A stretch of 64,000 nt of DNA, from the NCBI RefSeq assembly GCF_004010195.1, contig NC_057718.1, positions 79,998,555 through 80,062,554 of the forward strand, in the 5' to 3' direction. A model generated the notes under the pieces. The model saw only the letters and a program-made list of their open reading frames with translations. It ran no database searches and had not been told where the DNA came from. Every line of letters starts with the position of its first letter. Position 1 is the first letter of the stretch. Positions 1 to 11,676 of this stretch are shown piece by piece. A program made the position numbers and the translations under genes. The stretch is from Chiloscyllium plagiosum. Taxonomy: Eukaryota.

Positions 1-150
1 TTCTAACTTTGAGCTTCCAACCTCGCTCCCTGAAAGTCTGCCTAACATCCTCAGCCCTCCTCCTACCTATGTCATTGGTGCCAATGTGGACCACGACTTC
101 GGGCTGCTCCCCCTCCCCCTTAAGGACCCGGAAAACACGATCAGAGACGA
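1..150 (-). mobile_element. CR1 LINE ORF1 fragment (SGNH/GDSL esterase domain)
   Basis: Minus strand reads VLKGEGEQPEVVVHIGTND, the esterase block of CR1 ORF1; continues beyond the window start. Confidence 0.8.
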
Positions 151-154
151 TCAA

Positions 155-1298
155 AATAAATGCCATCTTTGCATTTGCCTTCCTAACTAATGATGCAACC
201 TGCAAGTTTACCTTGAGGGAATCCTGGACTAGAACTCACAAGTCTCTTTCCACTTCAAACTGCTGAATTTTCTCCCCATTTAGAAAATACCCCATGCCTC
301 TATTCTTCCCACCAAAGTGTTTGACCTCACACTTTCCCACTTGGTACTCCATGTGCCATTTCTTTGCCAACTCTCCTAACCTGTCCAGATCCTTCTGCAA
401 CCTCCCCGCCTCCGCAATGCTACCTGTCCCTCTACCTATCTTTGTGTCATCTGCAAACTTAGCCAGAATGCCCTCACTTCCTTCATCTAGATTGTTAATG
501 TGTGAAGTGAAATGTTGTGGTCCCAACACTAAGCCTTGCGGAACACCACTTGTTACCAGCTGTGATCCTGAGAAGGACCCTCTGTTTTCTGCCAGACAGC
601 CAAGTTTCTAACCATGCTAGCACCTAGCTACTAACACCATGGGCCCTTATCTTACTGAGTAGCCTTCTGTGCGGCACCTTGTCAAAGGCCTTCTTGAAGT
701 CAAGGTAGACAATATCCATTGGCTCTCCTCAGTCTAACCTGCTCATTACTACCTCAAAGACTTCTAGCAGATTTGTCAGGCATGACCTCCCCTTAATGAA
801 ACCAAGCTAACTTTGCCCTGTTTTACCACACACTTCCAAGTATTCAGAAATCTCATTCTTCACAATGGATTCCATGACCAAGGGTAGGCTAATTGGACTG
901 TAATTTTCCATCTTTTGTCTTACTCTCTTTTTTAATAAGGTTATTACATTAGTGATTTTTCAGTCCTGATTCTAGTGATTTCTGAAAGATCACCACTGAC
1001 ACCACTACTATCACTTTAGCTATCTCCCTTCAAACTCTGGGATGTAGTCCATCTTTTCTAATTTTCCCTGTAACTGAACCCCCATCCCCATCCCACAATT
1101 TAGTTTAAAGCCCGGTCTACAGCCCTTGTGATGCGATTCACTAGGACTACACTCCCAGAGTAGTTCAGAACACTCTGTCCCATCAGAACAGGTCCCTTCT
1201 TCCCCAGTACTGGTGCTAATGTCCCATAAATTCAAATCCATTTCTCCCACACCAATCTTTGAGCCACACATTTACCTCCTTAATCTTATTTCCCCTGT
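155..1298 (-). mobile_element. Decayed CR1 LINE: RT (155-1050) joined to the ORF1 C-terminus (1060-1298), endonuclease deleted
   Basis: ORF 236..529 has the INNLD...KFADDTK...LQKDLDRL...KCEV RT motifs; 1060-1298 reads NKIKEVNVWLKDWCGRNGFEF..HQYWGRRDLF (ORF1 end). Confidence 0.85.
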
Positions 1299-1399
1299 GG
1301 CCACTGTAGTTGCTGCTGGTACGGACTCAACCAACTGAAGAGTTTACTTCAACCTGAATTGAGGAAAATAACTCATAGGCCAGTATCCAAGAGAGTTCC

Positions 1400-2000
1400 T
1401 GCCCTGAAAAGCCACCTACATCTGATTTGGAACAGTTCAACTGCTTTGTAATGTGCAAAACACAACCAATCAAGGTAAACGTCTGGTTGAATGGTCCTCC
1501 AATTCTAATAGAGATCCACACTAGTGCGACTGTATCAGCAATCGCCAAACAAGTTTTTAATAAAATTTGCTCCAGCCATTATGTTTGTGCAAGACCTTGC
1601 TGAGAACCTATACCAGGGAACTTTTACAGTTTGGGTGTACAATTTGGTTTTATGAAAAGCAGCTGATTCAATTACCAGTGATTGTAGTAAAAAGCTCAGG
1701 CCCAAGATTGATGGGGTAAAATTGACTGTGAAATTCATCTAGAATGATATAACATTTTTCAGTTAGAAAATGGCAGCCTAAGTGATGTCCTAATTAAATA
1801 TTCAGAAGTCTTCCAGGAAGGTATAGGGACTATCAAAGGAGCCAAGGTCACCTTGCATGTTGACCAGGAAGCAATTCCACGATTCTGCAAAGTCCACTAG
1901 TGCCATTTGCCTTGTAATAGTTGAGACAGAAATCAGATGTTGGGAACTGAAGGAATCATTAAACCAGTTTGTAGAAAGGGCAGTATTGGTCTCTCCGATT
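1400..2000 (+). mobile_element. Ty3/Gypsy pol remnant (aspartic protease and start of RT)
   Basis: Reads PIKVNVWLNGPPILIEIHTSATVSAI (decayed DTGA), QLPVIVVKSSGPRLMG and KYSEVFQEGIGTIKGAKVTLHVDQEAIPRFCK, with frameshifts and stops. Confidence 0.8.
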
Positions 2001-2002
2001 TT

Positions 2003-2460
2003 GAAGCACGACTCCAACCTCACATCAAGACATGAACTGCATTGGTTTTAGCAGTAAAGGTAGTCATGACATGAACTTTAATGGGTTTTCCTTCTTTCAA
2101 AATGAAGATATTATCAATATTTCATAGCTTCCCAGGGTCTGTTGTATAAGGCAGGTTACTGAGGATCTCTATTCAAACATAGCTAACTGTATTTCATTAT
2201 ATATTACTATTAACAAATAGGCAGAGGGAGCATAAGAGCTGCTCGGTTTGAAAGCTTTCCATGGTGCAGAATGTCACTGACTGTTTGTATATTGTCTTGT
2301 GGTCAATGTATGTCAATTTTGTTGTCTGCTGGAAATAAAAGGAATTCCACTCCGGGTGATCTATGACCATAGGCAATGCATTATGCAGATCAATATAAGA
2401 AATCCTGGCAACAGTCTAGATGCCTTCATTCTGCTGTAGTCCACTATTTGAACTGGATTT
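2003..2460 (+). mobile_element. PIF/Harbinger (HARBI1-like) DDE transposase remnant
   Basis: Reads LQP..TALVLAVKV, DIINIS..CCIRQVTEDLY, MVQNVTDCLYI, KEFHS and DHRQCIMQINIRNPGNSLDAFIL, matching Harbinger blocks GAIDCTH, KGFHS and PGSSHDAFIL. Confidence 0.75.
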
Positions 2461-2559
2461 CATTCATCACAGTAAACAGAAGGCAACATGGGTTATCAGC
2501 TGCCTGCATGGTTCATGACACTTAAGTTTGCAATAATACAGACAAATGGAAACATGCTG

Positions 2560-2730
2560 CTTCAAGAAATGTGATAATGTGGAGCACTGGCATACGTAAA
2601 TGATGATGATGATGATGTTACCTGGACCACCTTGGAGGAACCCTGCACTGTAAAAGCACATCTTCCCAGTTGGAGTGGTCTGCAGCAAGTTGCACAATTG
2701 TGCTGACATTAAGGCCCTCATCACCAATTA
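2560..2730 (-). mobile_element. Possible second Harbinger transposase N-terminal remnant, containing a short (GAT)n run
   Basis: LCNLLQ...CFYSAGFLQGGPGNI resembles LCHLLQ...NFYASGSFQ..GDI; weak match. Confidence 0.35.
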
Positions 2731-3217
2731 TCAGACATCAACTGAGAGGCAAGAGCATGTGAAGGAGGAAAGAAATTGAGAAAGAGGAATGAAGTCAGCA
2801 GCATAGCTGATGCCTTTTGGCCTTGGCTATAAGTGAAAAACTAATTTGAGTGAATAAGCAGAGACTACAACCGTCATTCATCAACAGCCCCATACTCCCT
2901 CTGTCACTGTAGTCACATCATCTGGTTGACCGCAAAACAAAAAATAAAAAACAAATCAATATTTCAAAAAAAATCTAAACTGTTGTACACTAAATATACC
3001 ACTAGTCACACTATTTTGAATTTTAGCTGTGAAAATCACTATGCTGTACATTGATATACGTCTGGATTGCAAGATAGTTCACATTATTTTGCTGATCTTT
3101 GACTTGTTGGTGCGATGATGGAAGACTACAAGTGGAGGAAAATATACTCCCAATATATATTGGATTGATTATAAACCATTGAACCAATTATTATTTGACC
3201 TGGATAGTTGTTGGAAA

Positions 3218-3549
3218 TCATCATAGAATCCCTATAGTGTGGAAACAAGCCATTTGACCCAACAAGTCCACACCGACCCTCCGAAGGGTATCCCACAAAG
3301 ACCCATATTCCTACCCTATTGCTCTACATTTCCCATGACTATTGCACCTAACCTACACATCCCTGAACACTATGGGCAATTTAGCATGGCCAATTCACCT
3401 GACCTGCACATTGTTGGACTGTGGGAGGAAACTCAAACAGACACAAGGAGAACATGGAAACTCCACACAGGCAGTCACCTGAGGTTGGAATCGAACGCAG
3501 GTCCCTGGTGCTGTGAGGCAGCAGTGCTAACCACTGAGCCATCATGCCA
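3218..3549 (-). mobile_element. HE1-type tRNA-derived SINE
   Basis: Minus strand has the TGGCTCAGTGGTTAGCACTGCTGCCTCACAG head, B-box GTTCGATTCC, conserved core and HER1-like tail CTTGTTTCCACACTATAGGGATTCTATG. Confidence 0.9.
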
Positions 3550-3555
3550 TCTGAT

Positions 3556-3758
3556 GAGTCTGGTTAGCTCAGTTGGCTGCATAGCTGGTATTTGATGAAG
3601 AGTGATGCCAATGGTATGGGTTCAATTTCTACACTGGTTGAGGTTATCATGAAGGCCTCTCCTTCTCAACCTTTCCCCTCACCTGAGATGTGGTACCCCT
3701 CAGGTTAAATCACCATGACTCACGTCTCTGTAATAGGAGAGCCTTAATGCAACTTTTA
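3556..3758 (+). mobile_element. tRNA-derived SINE of a second, unnamed family
   Basis: A-box-like TAGCTCAGTTGG and B-box-like GGTTCAATTTC, followed by a non-tRNA body; a possibly related tail lies on the minus strand at about 5968-6050. Confidence 0.55.
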
Positions 3759-4311
3759 TTTGACATGCTAAGTAGGTACGGAATTCTAAAGTAAATTAGT
3801 GTGGCATGCATTTGCTTTGATTTATACTTCAGAATAATTTGCCTTGTCAAATTAATATGGCCCAGGTCTCGGAGGTGCTGTCAGAGACAGCAAAATCAAA
3901 CGATAAACTCAGAGACCATTCATCTGCAAATTATGAGCAGGATTTGCGACTGACTGGTATCAATGTGAAAAATTAATAGTAAAAACACTGTTGAAACCCT
4001 ACAGTAACTTTTGAACCAGGATATACAATACATAGGCATCAAATACTTGGTTAAGAAATCAGAATGTGCTGACAAAAATATTGCACCATTTTCTGTGTGT
4101 AAAATTCAAACTATTCCTAACCAATTTTGCAAACTAATTCAAAACTGCATTGACTCAATTTTATTGTGAGAGACAGATGCATACAATGGCTTGCTGCTTT
4201 GCTCAGTGTAACAATATATTCAGAATCAAGTCTGTTTGAATTTTGAAGGTTGAGAGACATAAATTCGATGTATTTAATTTGAAATTGCTCTCTATAAAAA
4301 TTTTTAAAACG

Positions 4312-5285
4312 GCACTGCTTTTTGTCATTTATATAAATGATTTGGATGTGAACATTGGAGCTATAGTTAGTAAGTTTGCAGATGACACAAAAATTGGAGA
4401 TGTGGTGGACAGTGAAGAAGGTTACCTCAGATTACAACGGAATCTTGATCAGATGGGCCAATGGGCTGAGGAGCGGCAGATGGAGTTTATTTTAGATAAA
4501 TGTGAGGTGCTGCCATTTGGAAAAGCAAATCAGAGCAGGACTTATACACTTAATGGTAAGATCCTAGGGAATGTTGCTGAACAAAGCAACCTTGGAGTGC
4601 AGGTTCCTTGAAAGTAGAGTCGCAGGTAGATAGGATAGTGAAAAAGACATTTGGTATGCATTCCTTTATTGGACAGAGCATTGAGTAAAGGAGTTGGGAT
4701 GTCATGTTGTGGCTGTACAGGACATTGGTTAGGCCACTTTTGGAATATTGTGTGCTATTCCAGTCTCCATCCTATTGGAAGGATGTTGTGAAACCTGAAA
4801 GGGTTCAGAAAAGATTTACAAGGATGTTGCCAGGTTTGGAGGATATGAGTTATAGGGAGAGGCTGAATAGGCTGGGGCTGCTTTCCCTGGAGTGTTGGAG
4901 GCCGAGGGGTGACCTCACAGAGGTTTATAAAATCATAAAGGGCACGGATAAGATAAATAGACAAAGTCTTTTCCCTGGGGTGGGGAAGTCCAGAACTAGA
5001 GGACATAGGTTCAGGGTGAGAGGGGAAAGATATAAAAGGGACCTAAGGGACAACCTTTTCACACAGAGGGTGTTGTGTGTATGGACTGAGCTGCCAGAGG
5101 AAGTGGTAGAGGCTGATGCAATTACAACATTTAAAAGTCATCTGGATGGGTATAAGAATAGGAAAGGTCTAGAGGGATATGGGCCAAGTGCTAGCAAATG
5201 GGACTAGATTAAGTTTGAATACCTGGGCAGCATGGATGAGTTGTTCTGAAGGGTCTGTTTCCGTGCCATATATCTCTATGACCCC
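4312..5285 (+). mobile_element. 5'-truncated CR1/HER1 LINE (RT C-terminus and 3' UTR)
   Basis: IYINDLD..SKFADDTK, LYRTLVRPLLEYC, RTRGHRFRVRGERY; tail GGGTCTGTTTCCGTG..CTCTATGAC. Confidence 0.95.
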
Positions 5286-6276
5286 CTACGGCATGAATTG
5301 CGAAAGGTCACCAAATGTTGGTAATTTGTAGGCTTTCATTTTCTAGCATTTTGGTTCTGACACAATTTAATATTGTTTAAGAAGTCACCTTACTTGACAG
5401 ACAAGAATATCACAAAGCATAAACCACTGCAAGACCACTGAGTAGGACACACTACCCATTGTAAATATTGACACTGAAACAAGAGTTTATGAGATATAAA
5501 GCCAGTTGCTATTTCAGAAGGATCAAGAGAGTACTAATGCACCTGTCAAGCCAAAAATTGTAAACCCACCAAACAGCCATTATTTTTGCAGCTGCCCCTT
5601 GAAGAAGAATGAATTTAAATTCTATGTTTCTTCCTTTGCATTACATCTTTGAGCAGAGAGCATCTCTGAGGTCAGTTAGCTGAGGTGGATGATAATTAGA
5701 TTCTTGGTGCATTGTTTCACATTCTAAATAAAAGATGGCTTAAATGTTTATTCAAATTTTTTTACTGTTCTTTTTTTAACCAGAAAATACAACAATCAAT
5801 CCTCCATTGTCTCTGAGTTCATTGGGAAGCTGAGAATTTTCCTTTGTTGCAATTTTCTGGTTATGTACCTTCAGAATTCTTTAAAGCATCAGAAGCATGT
5901 TTTACAGAGGGAACAGTTCATAACTACAAAACAGACATCTACATTGTGTCTCCAAATGAGTAATAAAGGTAAACTAAGTCACCATAGTCCCTGAGGACCA
6001 ACTAGTTGTGTGTTTAATCTGAGCATTGTCACACACTTCATGCCATTCCCCCACCTAGTCCCTGTAACCCTGCATGTTCTTCCTTTTCAGATAATAATCT
6101 GATTTCCACTTGAATGGTTGGATTCAACCTGCAGACTGTCAGATACTGCATTGCAGACCTTAAACATTCACTGTTGATAATTTCTCCTCATGTCGCCATT
6201 GTTTCTTTTGCCTATTATCTTAAACCCATGCCCTTTTATTCTTGATCCACCAATGGGAAAGGCTTTACCATATTAT

Positions 6277-6408
6277 GGTAAAAACAATGACTGCAAATGC
6301 TGGAAACCAGAGTCTAGATTAGAGTGGTGCTGGAAAAGCACAGCAGTTCAGGCAGCATCCAAGGAGCAGTAAAATCGACGTTTCGGGCAAAAGCCCTTCA
6401 TCAGGAAT
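6277..6408 (-). mobile_element. Mini-PLE (family 1 Penelope 3' terminus)
   Basis: Reverse complement matches the 3' end of the Penelope copy at 13517-13646. Confidence 0.9.
6373..6408 (-). ncRNA. Minimal type I hammerhead ribozyme, intact core
   Basis: Minus strand AUUC-CUGAUGA-A-GGGC-UUUU-GCCC-GAAAC-GUC-GAUU; predicted cleavage after C at 6377. Confidence 0.8.
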
Positions 6409-6665
6409 ATCTCTGTCGAGCTCTTCGTGTTTTTGAAAATCTCTACCAAATCATCCCTTATCCTTCTCTTCTTTAAGGAAAACACTTCTCAGAACTATCA
6501 GCATAACTGAAGCCAAGTGGTCTTCTGAAATAAATGTTATGTAAAGTGAATTCAAGAATTTGCAATTGGTTAAGGACTGCACAGACTTAAAAATAGGTAA
6601 CTTGAATTTTATTGTTAGTCTGTATCAAACCAATTACCTCATTTTAGTACAGCAGCAGACACTAT

Positions 6666-8531
6666 GGGTGGAATTTTCCTACAGCAAGTAAAATATGGAC
6701 CATAGCTTGAAATGTGGGATGACTTCTAAAGTGTTAAGTGATGGTTTTTAGGATGCTGGCAACAAACAGTCACATTTTCCAAATAAATTCTGGATGTCAA
6801 GACAGGATTCTCATCAGTATGTTGCAAGAGCCTATTAGTAGACATTATTTTTCATTAGATTCTTCATTAGAATCTAATCTCACCTCATAATATGCAAATT
6901 CCTGTCCTACAAACTGACAGATAGAAACCAGATGCTGAGAATTTCCAGCATGAAAGTTGGAGTGGATACCTGATGATTCCAACTCATCGCTTGCTCCTCT
7001 AGATCTGAGTGCTGGCTCTAAAGGCAATCTCAATGGGCACTGGCATCTGGCATGTATCAGACACTCTGCACCCTCATAGTACATCACAAAAGCACTTCTA
7101 CAATTTAATGCTGCACTTTGGACTGCATTGGCACCTTTCACTACTGTGCTACAGCGGGAATACTTTGCATGCAGAAATAGGCAACTAGCTCGTGGACTGG
7201 ACCAGGCTGCAGCACAGATCTGTTTGCTTGCACTCTTGGTGCTTGGATCAAACATTCCTGCCTTACTTTGCCTCGCCTTTTTGAGCTTTGCCCCTCAAGC
7301 AGAGGTTAAAGGTTCATAGCTCTGATGTACTGCTTTGCAGGTTAGTGCAGACAGAAAGCCAGACAGTTGGTCATTTTGGTCAGCAGACATCAGTCAAGTG
7401 GCTTGCTTTATGGTACATCGCTTAATCAATTTTGCACCTCACTGTGTGCCAGCAGCCTAGATGCCAAATGCACTGCCTATACTGCAACCAAACAGTCATG
7501 TCTCAAAGTCTAAGGGGAGAAGTCCTTAATGAAAGCCAGGGAGACACCCATCAATTAGGTTAATACACTAAATCAAGGGCAGTCTCTGATACAAGTCCAG
7601 TGATTTGGGCATGGTCTGTCAGTCAGTTTTCCACTTGGGGCCATCAAGGTCAAGATAATTTCCTCATAAAGAATGAGAAGCTGAATTTCATTCACTCCAT
7701 CACCCATCTTGGTTCTTTCTCCCCTACAGTGGGCCATTTTCTGCTGGATGACACAAAAAGAGGGATTGAATGAGAGCAAAGTGGGTGGCACAATTACTGG
7801 TGCAAGTAAGTGAGTAGTTAGTATAGGGACTATGCAGGGTTAGTAGTGTTGTATGGGTGACAGTGAGTGAGGGAAAATGCTGTATACAGTAGCGACAATG
7901 GGAGAACATGAGGTTTGGTGGCAGGCTGGTGCACTCGTAGATATAGAGTGAGTGTGAGGAAAGAGAGAGAAGATGGTGGCACTTACAGAGTGCATAAGGT
8001 CATTGACCTTCTTCCTACAGTCCTGGGTGTTCCTCCAGTTGGCTGAGGCCACACTGACCTCAGGAGGGAACCTTGGACCAAACTGGTGGGGTCTGATGCC
8101 TGTAGCCTCCTCTGTTTGTCATTAGAGGAAGAAGATAGTCTTTCACTGCACCACCCCATTCCCCAGAACTCCATGTCCTAGTCCACAAACTGGGGATGAA
8201 TTTCCCCTTTGACATGTCTGAGGCAAATGTCATAAACCGTGCAGGGAGCTCCAGGCTGACAATGTTTGTCTGGATGCAAAATGGCCTTTCACAGATGACA
8301 TTGGTAACAGGAATCCTGGGACATCCCTGCAAATATGGATACTTATTGCTGCAAATAGGAGGGAGAATTGAGCAAGCATTGGGTGGAGAGGAGCATGACA
8401 GGGCATGGTAGGTAGTTAATGAGGCAGATGTGGGAGGATAACGTAGGAAAACCTGCCATACTTCACAAGGAAAAAGTCTCGGCAAACCTCAATGAAAATA
8501 CACTTTGCCAAAATATGGTAAGATTCAGTTC
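6666..8531 (-). mobile_element. Harbinger-derived element with a spliced Myb/SANT-like ORF remnant
   Basis: Exon near 8230-7987 ends RNTQDCRKKVNDLMHS|gtaagt; acceptor near 7743, then QKMAHCRGERTKMGDGVNEIQLLILYEE. Degenerate TIRs GGGTGGAATTTTCC / GGTAAGATTCAGTTC, each flanked by TAT. Confidence 0.6.
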
Positions 8532-9809
8532 TATGACACTGAGACTGAGACCGAAATTGTGCATGTATAGGAAATGGTCCTCCTTATGCAGCAGCACAAA
8601 TAAACACAGCCTTTTTAATTGTCCCTTTTCCAAGTAATTAAAAGTAAGTCTGTGGCATTCCTTTGGAATTTGTATAACCTAAAAGCAGCTTGTTTTAAAA
8701 ACAAAGTTGAATTTGTTATAGATTTTCATTTCATGGTGCTGAATAAGGAATTCTAAGTTATTCAAACCATCAAGTGCCCACTGAGGTAAACAGATGGAAA
8801 CTGAGTCACAAGTTTTTAGGAACCATACCAGCAGGTGCACTAAACTGCTGTGAAACATCTGTTTTTAACAGGATAAAGCGGCTGGGGAATGATTTTGACA
8901 TGCTTTTAAATCACAATTCCGCTAAACTTTAAATGAGCGATATGCTTTATAGAATATTGTTTAAAGAAGAGTATAGTACGTGCGGTACACCAAAGGATTA
9001 TTATTTTACAATCGCCTTTGTTGAGTTGATCCAGTGGGCCTACCTTCTTTTTGATTAACGAGTGAAAAAGACATTGTGTGGAGCCTTTCCTATCATTCAC
9101 TGCCTGGAGATAACCCAATGGAATTGGTGGCAGTTACGAGGAGAACAGAGGGGAACATGCATCTGCTGTTGTTTTCTGAGTCTGAACAGGTTTAAAACAG
9201 AAGTCCAAATGAATAGCAGCAGAAGTCTACTTTGTTTGAAATTAAGTTTGAAATTAGAAATTAATTTAAAATAATAATGGACTCCAGGTGATAGAGATGC
9301 TTCATGAATTAAGAATTAGTGAAACTTTAAAACTTGTAACCATATTCATTCCTATATTCCATCTCTACAAAGCAGAAAACCAGAGGGGAACCAAACTCAC
9401 CACCTACATACAAGTTACACACACAAGGCACAAAAACATAAGATCTTGCACCATGTATTTTGTAACATTGTGTCATTTCTGTCTCAGCTTTTCACACTGT
9501 ATTGACTTTGACAGATTGGTGTTCGAGCTTTTAGATAAAGCTAGTTTGTCACTATGCCATAACCTGACACTTTCCCTCCATAACAGTCACTCCAGAAACT
9601 GCTACTGAATACTCATTTTGACAAAATAATTTTTTTCTTTTTTTAAGGAAAACAATGCACCTGACACCTGACCTTATTGCACTTTGAGGCAAGTACATTG
9701 CATACAGATCAGGATTATAATCCTAAGCCCTAATGAAATAACCCTTTTCTTCAATGCATCTTCAGGTTTGAAATCATACAATATGTGAAAATGATTTCTT
9801 GAATGCTGC

Positions 9810-10022
9810 AATGCCTCTTAAGAAACTTGATACCATTGTGGACAAAATGACTTGATTTACTGCCCATCTATCACCTTAAACATTCATTCATCCATGAACA
9901 GTGAAGCATGGCTAAAGTGTGCATCACCCAGACTGCAGCAACTCAACACAGTATCATCAATAACACCTCCAAACCTCTGACCTCTGTCACCAAGGTTGTA
10001 GAAACAGTGGGTGTATCATTCT
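9810..10022 (+). mobile_element. Degenerate LINE (CR1/L2 group) ORF2 3' end
   Basis: LKKLDTI..K...PSITLNIHS..H...CSNS...HLQTSDL resembles a common elasmobranch LINE C-terminus. Confidence 0.5.
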
Positions 10023-10219
10023 ATTGTATTAAGATAAGTGTTCTGAAGAGTTACATTGGAGATTGGATTAAGGCCCACATTAGGCCACATTGTATTCCAT
10101 CTGCCATTTCTTTGCCCACTACAAAAATATGAAGAAGGAGCTGGCCAGAATGAAGATGATGGAACAACACCAGCAGGAGTTTCTCAGGGTGGATCAGGAG
10201 GGATAGATTTCCTCTGGAT

Positions 10220-10400
10220 GGTCCGGTTTCCTCCCACAGTCCAAAGATGTGCAGGTCAGGTGAATTGGTCATGCTAAATTGCTCATACTGTTAGGTGCAT
10301 TAGTCAGAGAGAAATGGATCTGGGTGGGTTACTCTTCAGAGAGTCATTGTGGACTTGTTGGGCTGAAGGGCCTGATCCAAACTGTTGGAAATCTAATTTA
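10220..10400 (+). mobile_element. 5'-truncated HE1 SINE
   Basis: TCCGGTTTCCTCCCACAGTCCAAAGATGTGCAGGTCAGGTGAATTGG core and GTGGACTTGTTGGGCTGAAGGGCCTG tail. Confidence 0.85.
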
Positions 10401-11676
10401 AAAATCTAAAACAGAAACTCATCCCAGGGAAGAAGAATTATACTAAGGAGCAGATGAGAACAATAAAAAAGTCATCAGCTGCCATCCTGAAAAAGACTCC
10501 TTTATTCTTACTCTGCCTTCTGCCAGTCAGCCAATCCATTATCTATGCCAATACCTTGCCCCCAGCACCATAGGTTCTTATTTAGCAGCCTACTGTGCAG
10601 CACCTGCCAAACACCTTCTAGAAATCCAAATAGATCACATCCATTGGCTGTCCTTTGTCTAACTTGCATCTTACCTCCGTAATGAATTCTAATGGGTTTG
10701 TCACGCAGACCCTCCTCTTGACAAAGCCAACTTGACTCAGCCCTATTTTATCATGCCCTTACAAATACTCCGCAATCTCATCCTTCACAAAGGACTCTAA
10801 AATATTACCAATAACTGAGGTCAGGCTAACCAGCCTAAATTTTCCTGTCTTCTGCCTCTTTCCCTTCTTAAAATGGGGTGTGATGGTAGCTATCTTTCAT
10901 TACTCTGTGTCCCTTCTTGAAAGATAACCACTAATGCCTCTACTATCTCCTCCGCTATCTCCTTCAGAACCCAGTCCATCTGGTCTGGATGATTTATCCA
11001 CCCTAAAATCTTTCAGATTCCAGTGTGATGGCCACTACACTCACCTGTACCATGAGATTCTTAAAGTTCTGATATGCTGCTGGTGTCTTCCACTGTGGAA
11101 ACTGATGCAAAGTATCTACTCAGTTCCTTCACCATTTATTTCTTTCCCATGACTACTTCTTCAGCCTCATTTTCCAGTGATCAAATGTCCACTATTTCCT
11201 CTCTCTTACCTTTTAAATATCTTTAAAAAACTCTTGCAATCTTTTTTGATATTACTAGCTAGCTTTCTCTCATATATTATCTACTCCACATCACGCATCC
11301 CCCAACCTTATTGATTTTTTTGTTATCTTCTGCTGCTTTTCAAAGGCTTCACAATCCACTGGCTTCCCACGAATCTTCACCATGTTGTATGCTTTTTCTT
11401 TTGATATTTTTGCTGTCCCCAACTTCCCTTGTCACCCACGATTGCCTTGTCCACCTCATTGTATGTTTCTTCCTCCTTGGAATGATTTCTGCTATGCCTC
11501 GTGAATCATCACCAGAATCTCCTGCCAGTGCTGATCCACCATCTTCCCTGCTAGGCTCCTCTACCAATCAACTCAGGCCAGCTCCTCCCTCATGTCTTTG
11601 TGGTTACCTTTACTCAATTGTAGTATAGCTATGTCTGATTCCGGCTTCTCCTTTTCAAACTGACTATATTATCCTG

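Larger units (their letters stand above)
6057..6515 (-). mobile_element. Old CR1 3' remnant split by a mini-PLE insertion
   Basis: Degenerate CR1 3' sequence resumes on both sides of 6277-6408. Confidence 0.6.

Noticed and set aside
5394..5473. 80-nt minus-strand segment with cag acceptor and gtaagg donor
   Set aside because: Its translations do not resemble parkin exon 5 (GPSCWDDVL...) or any protein I recognise; at most a cryptic exon.
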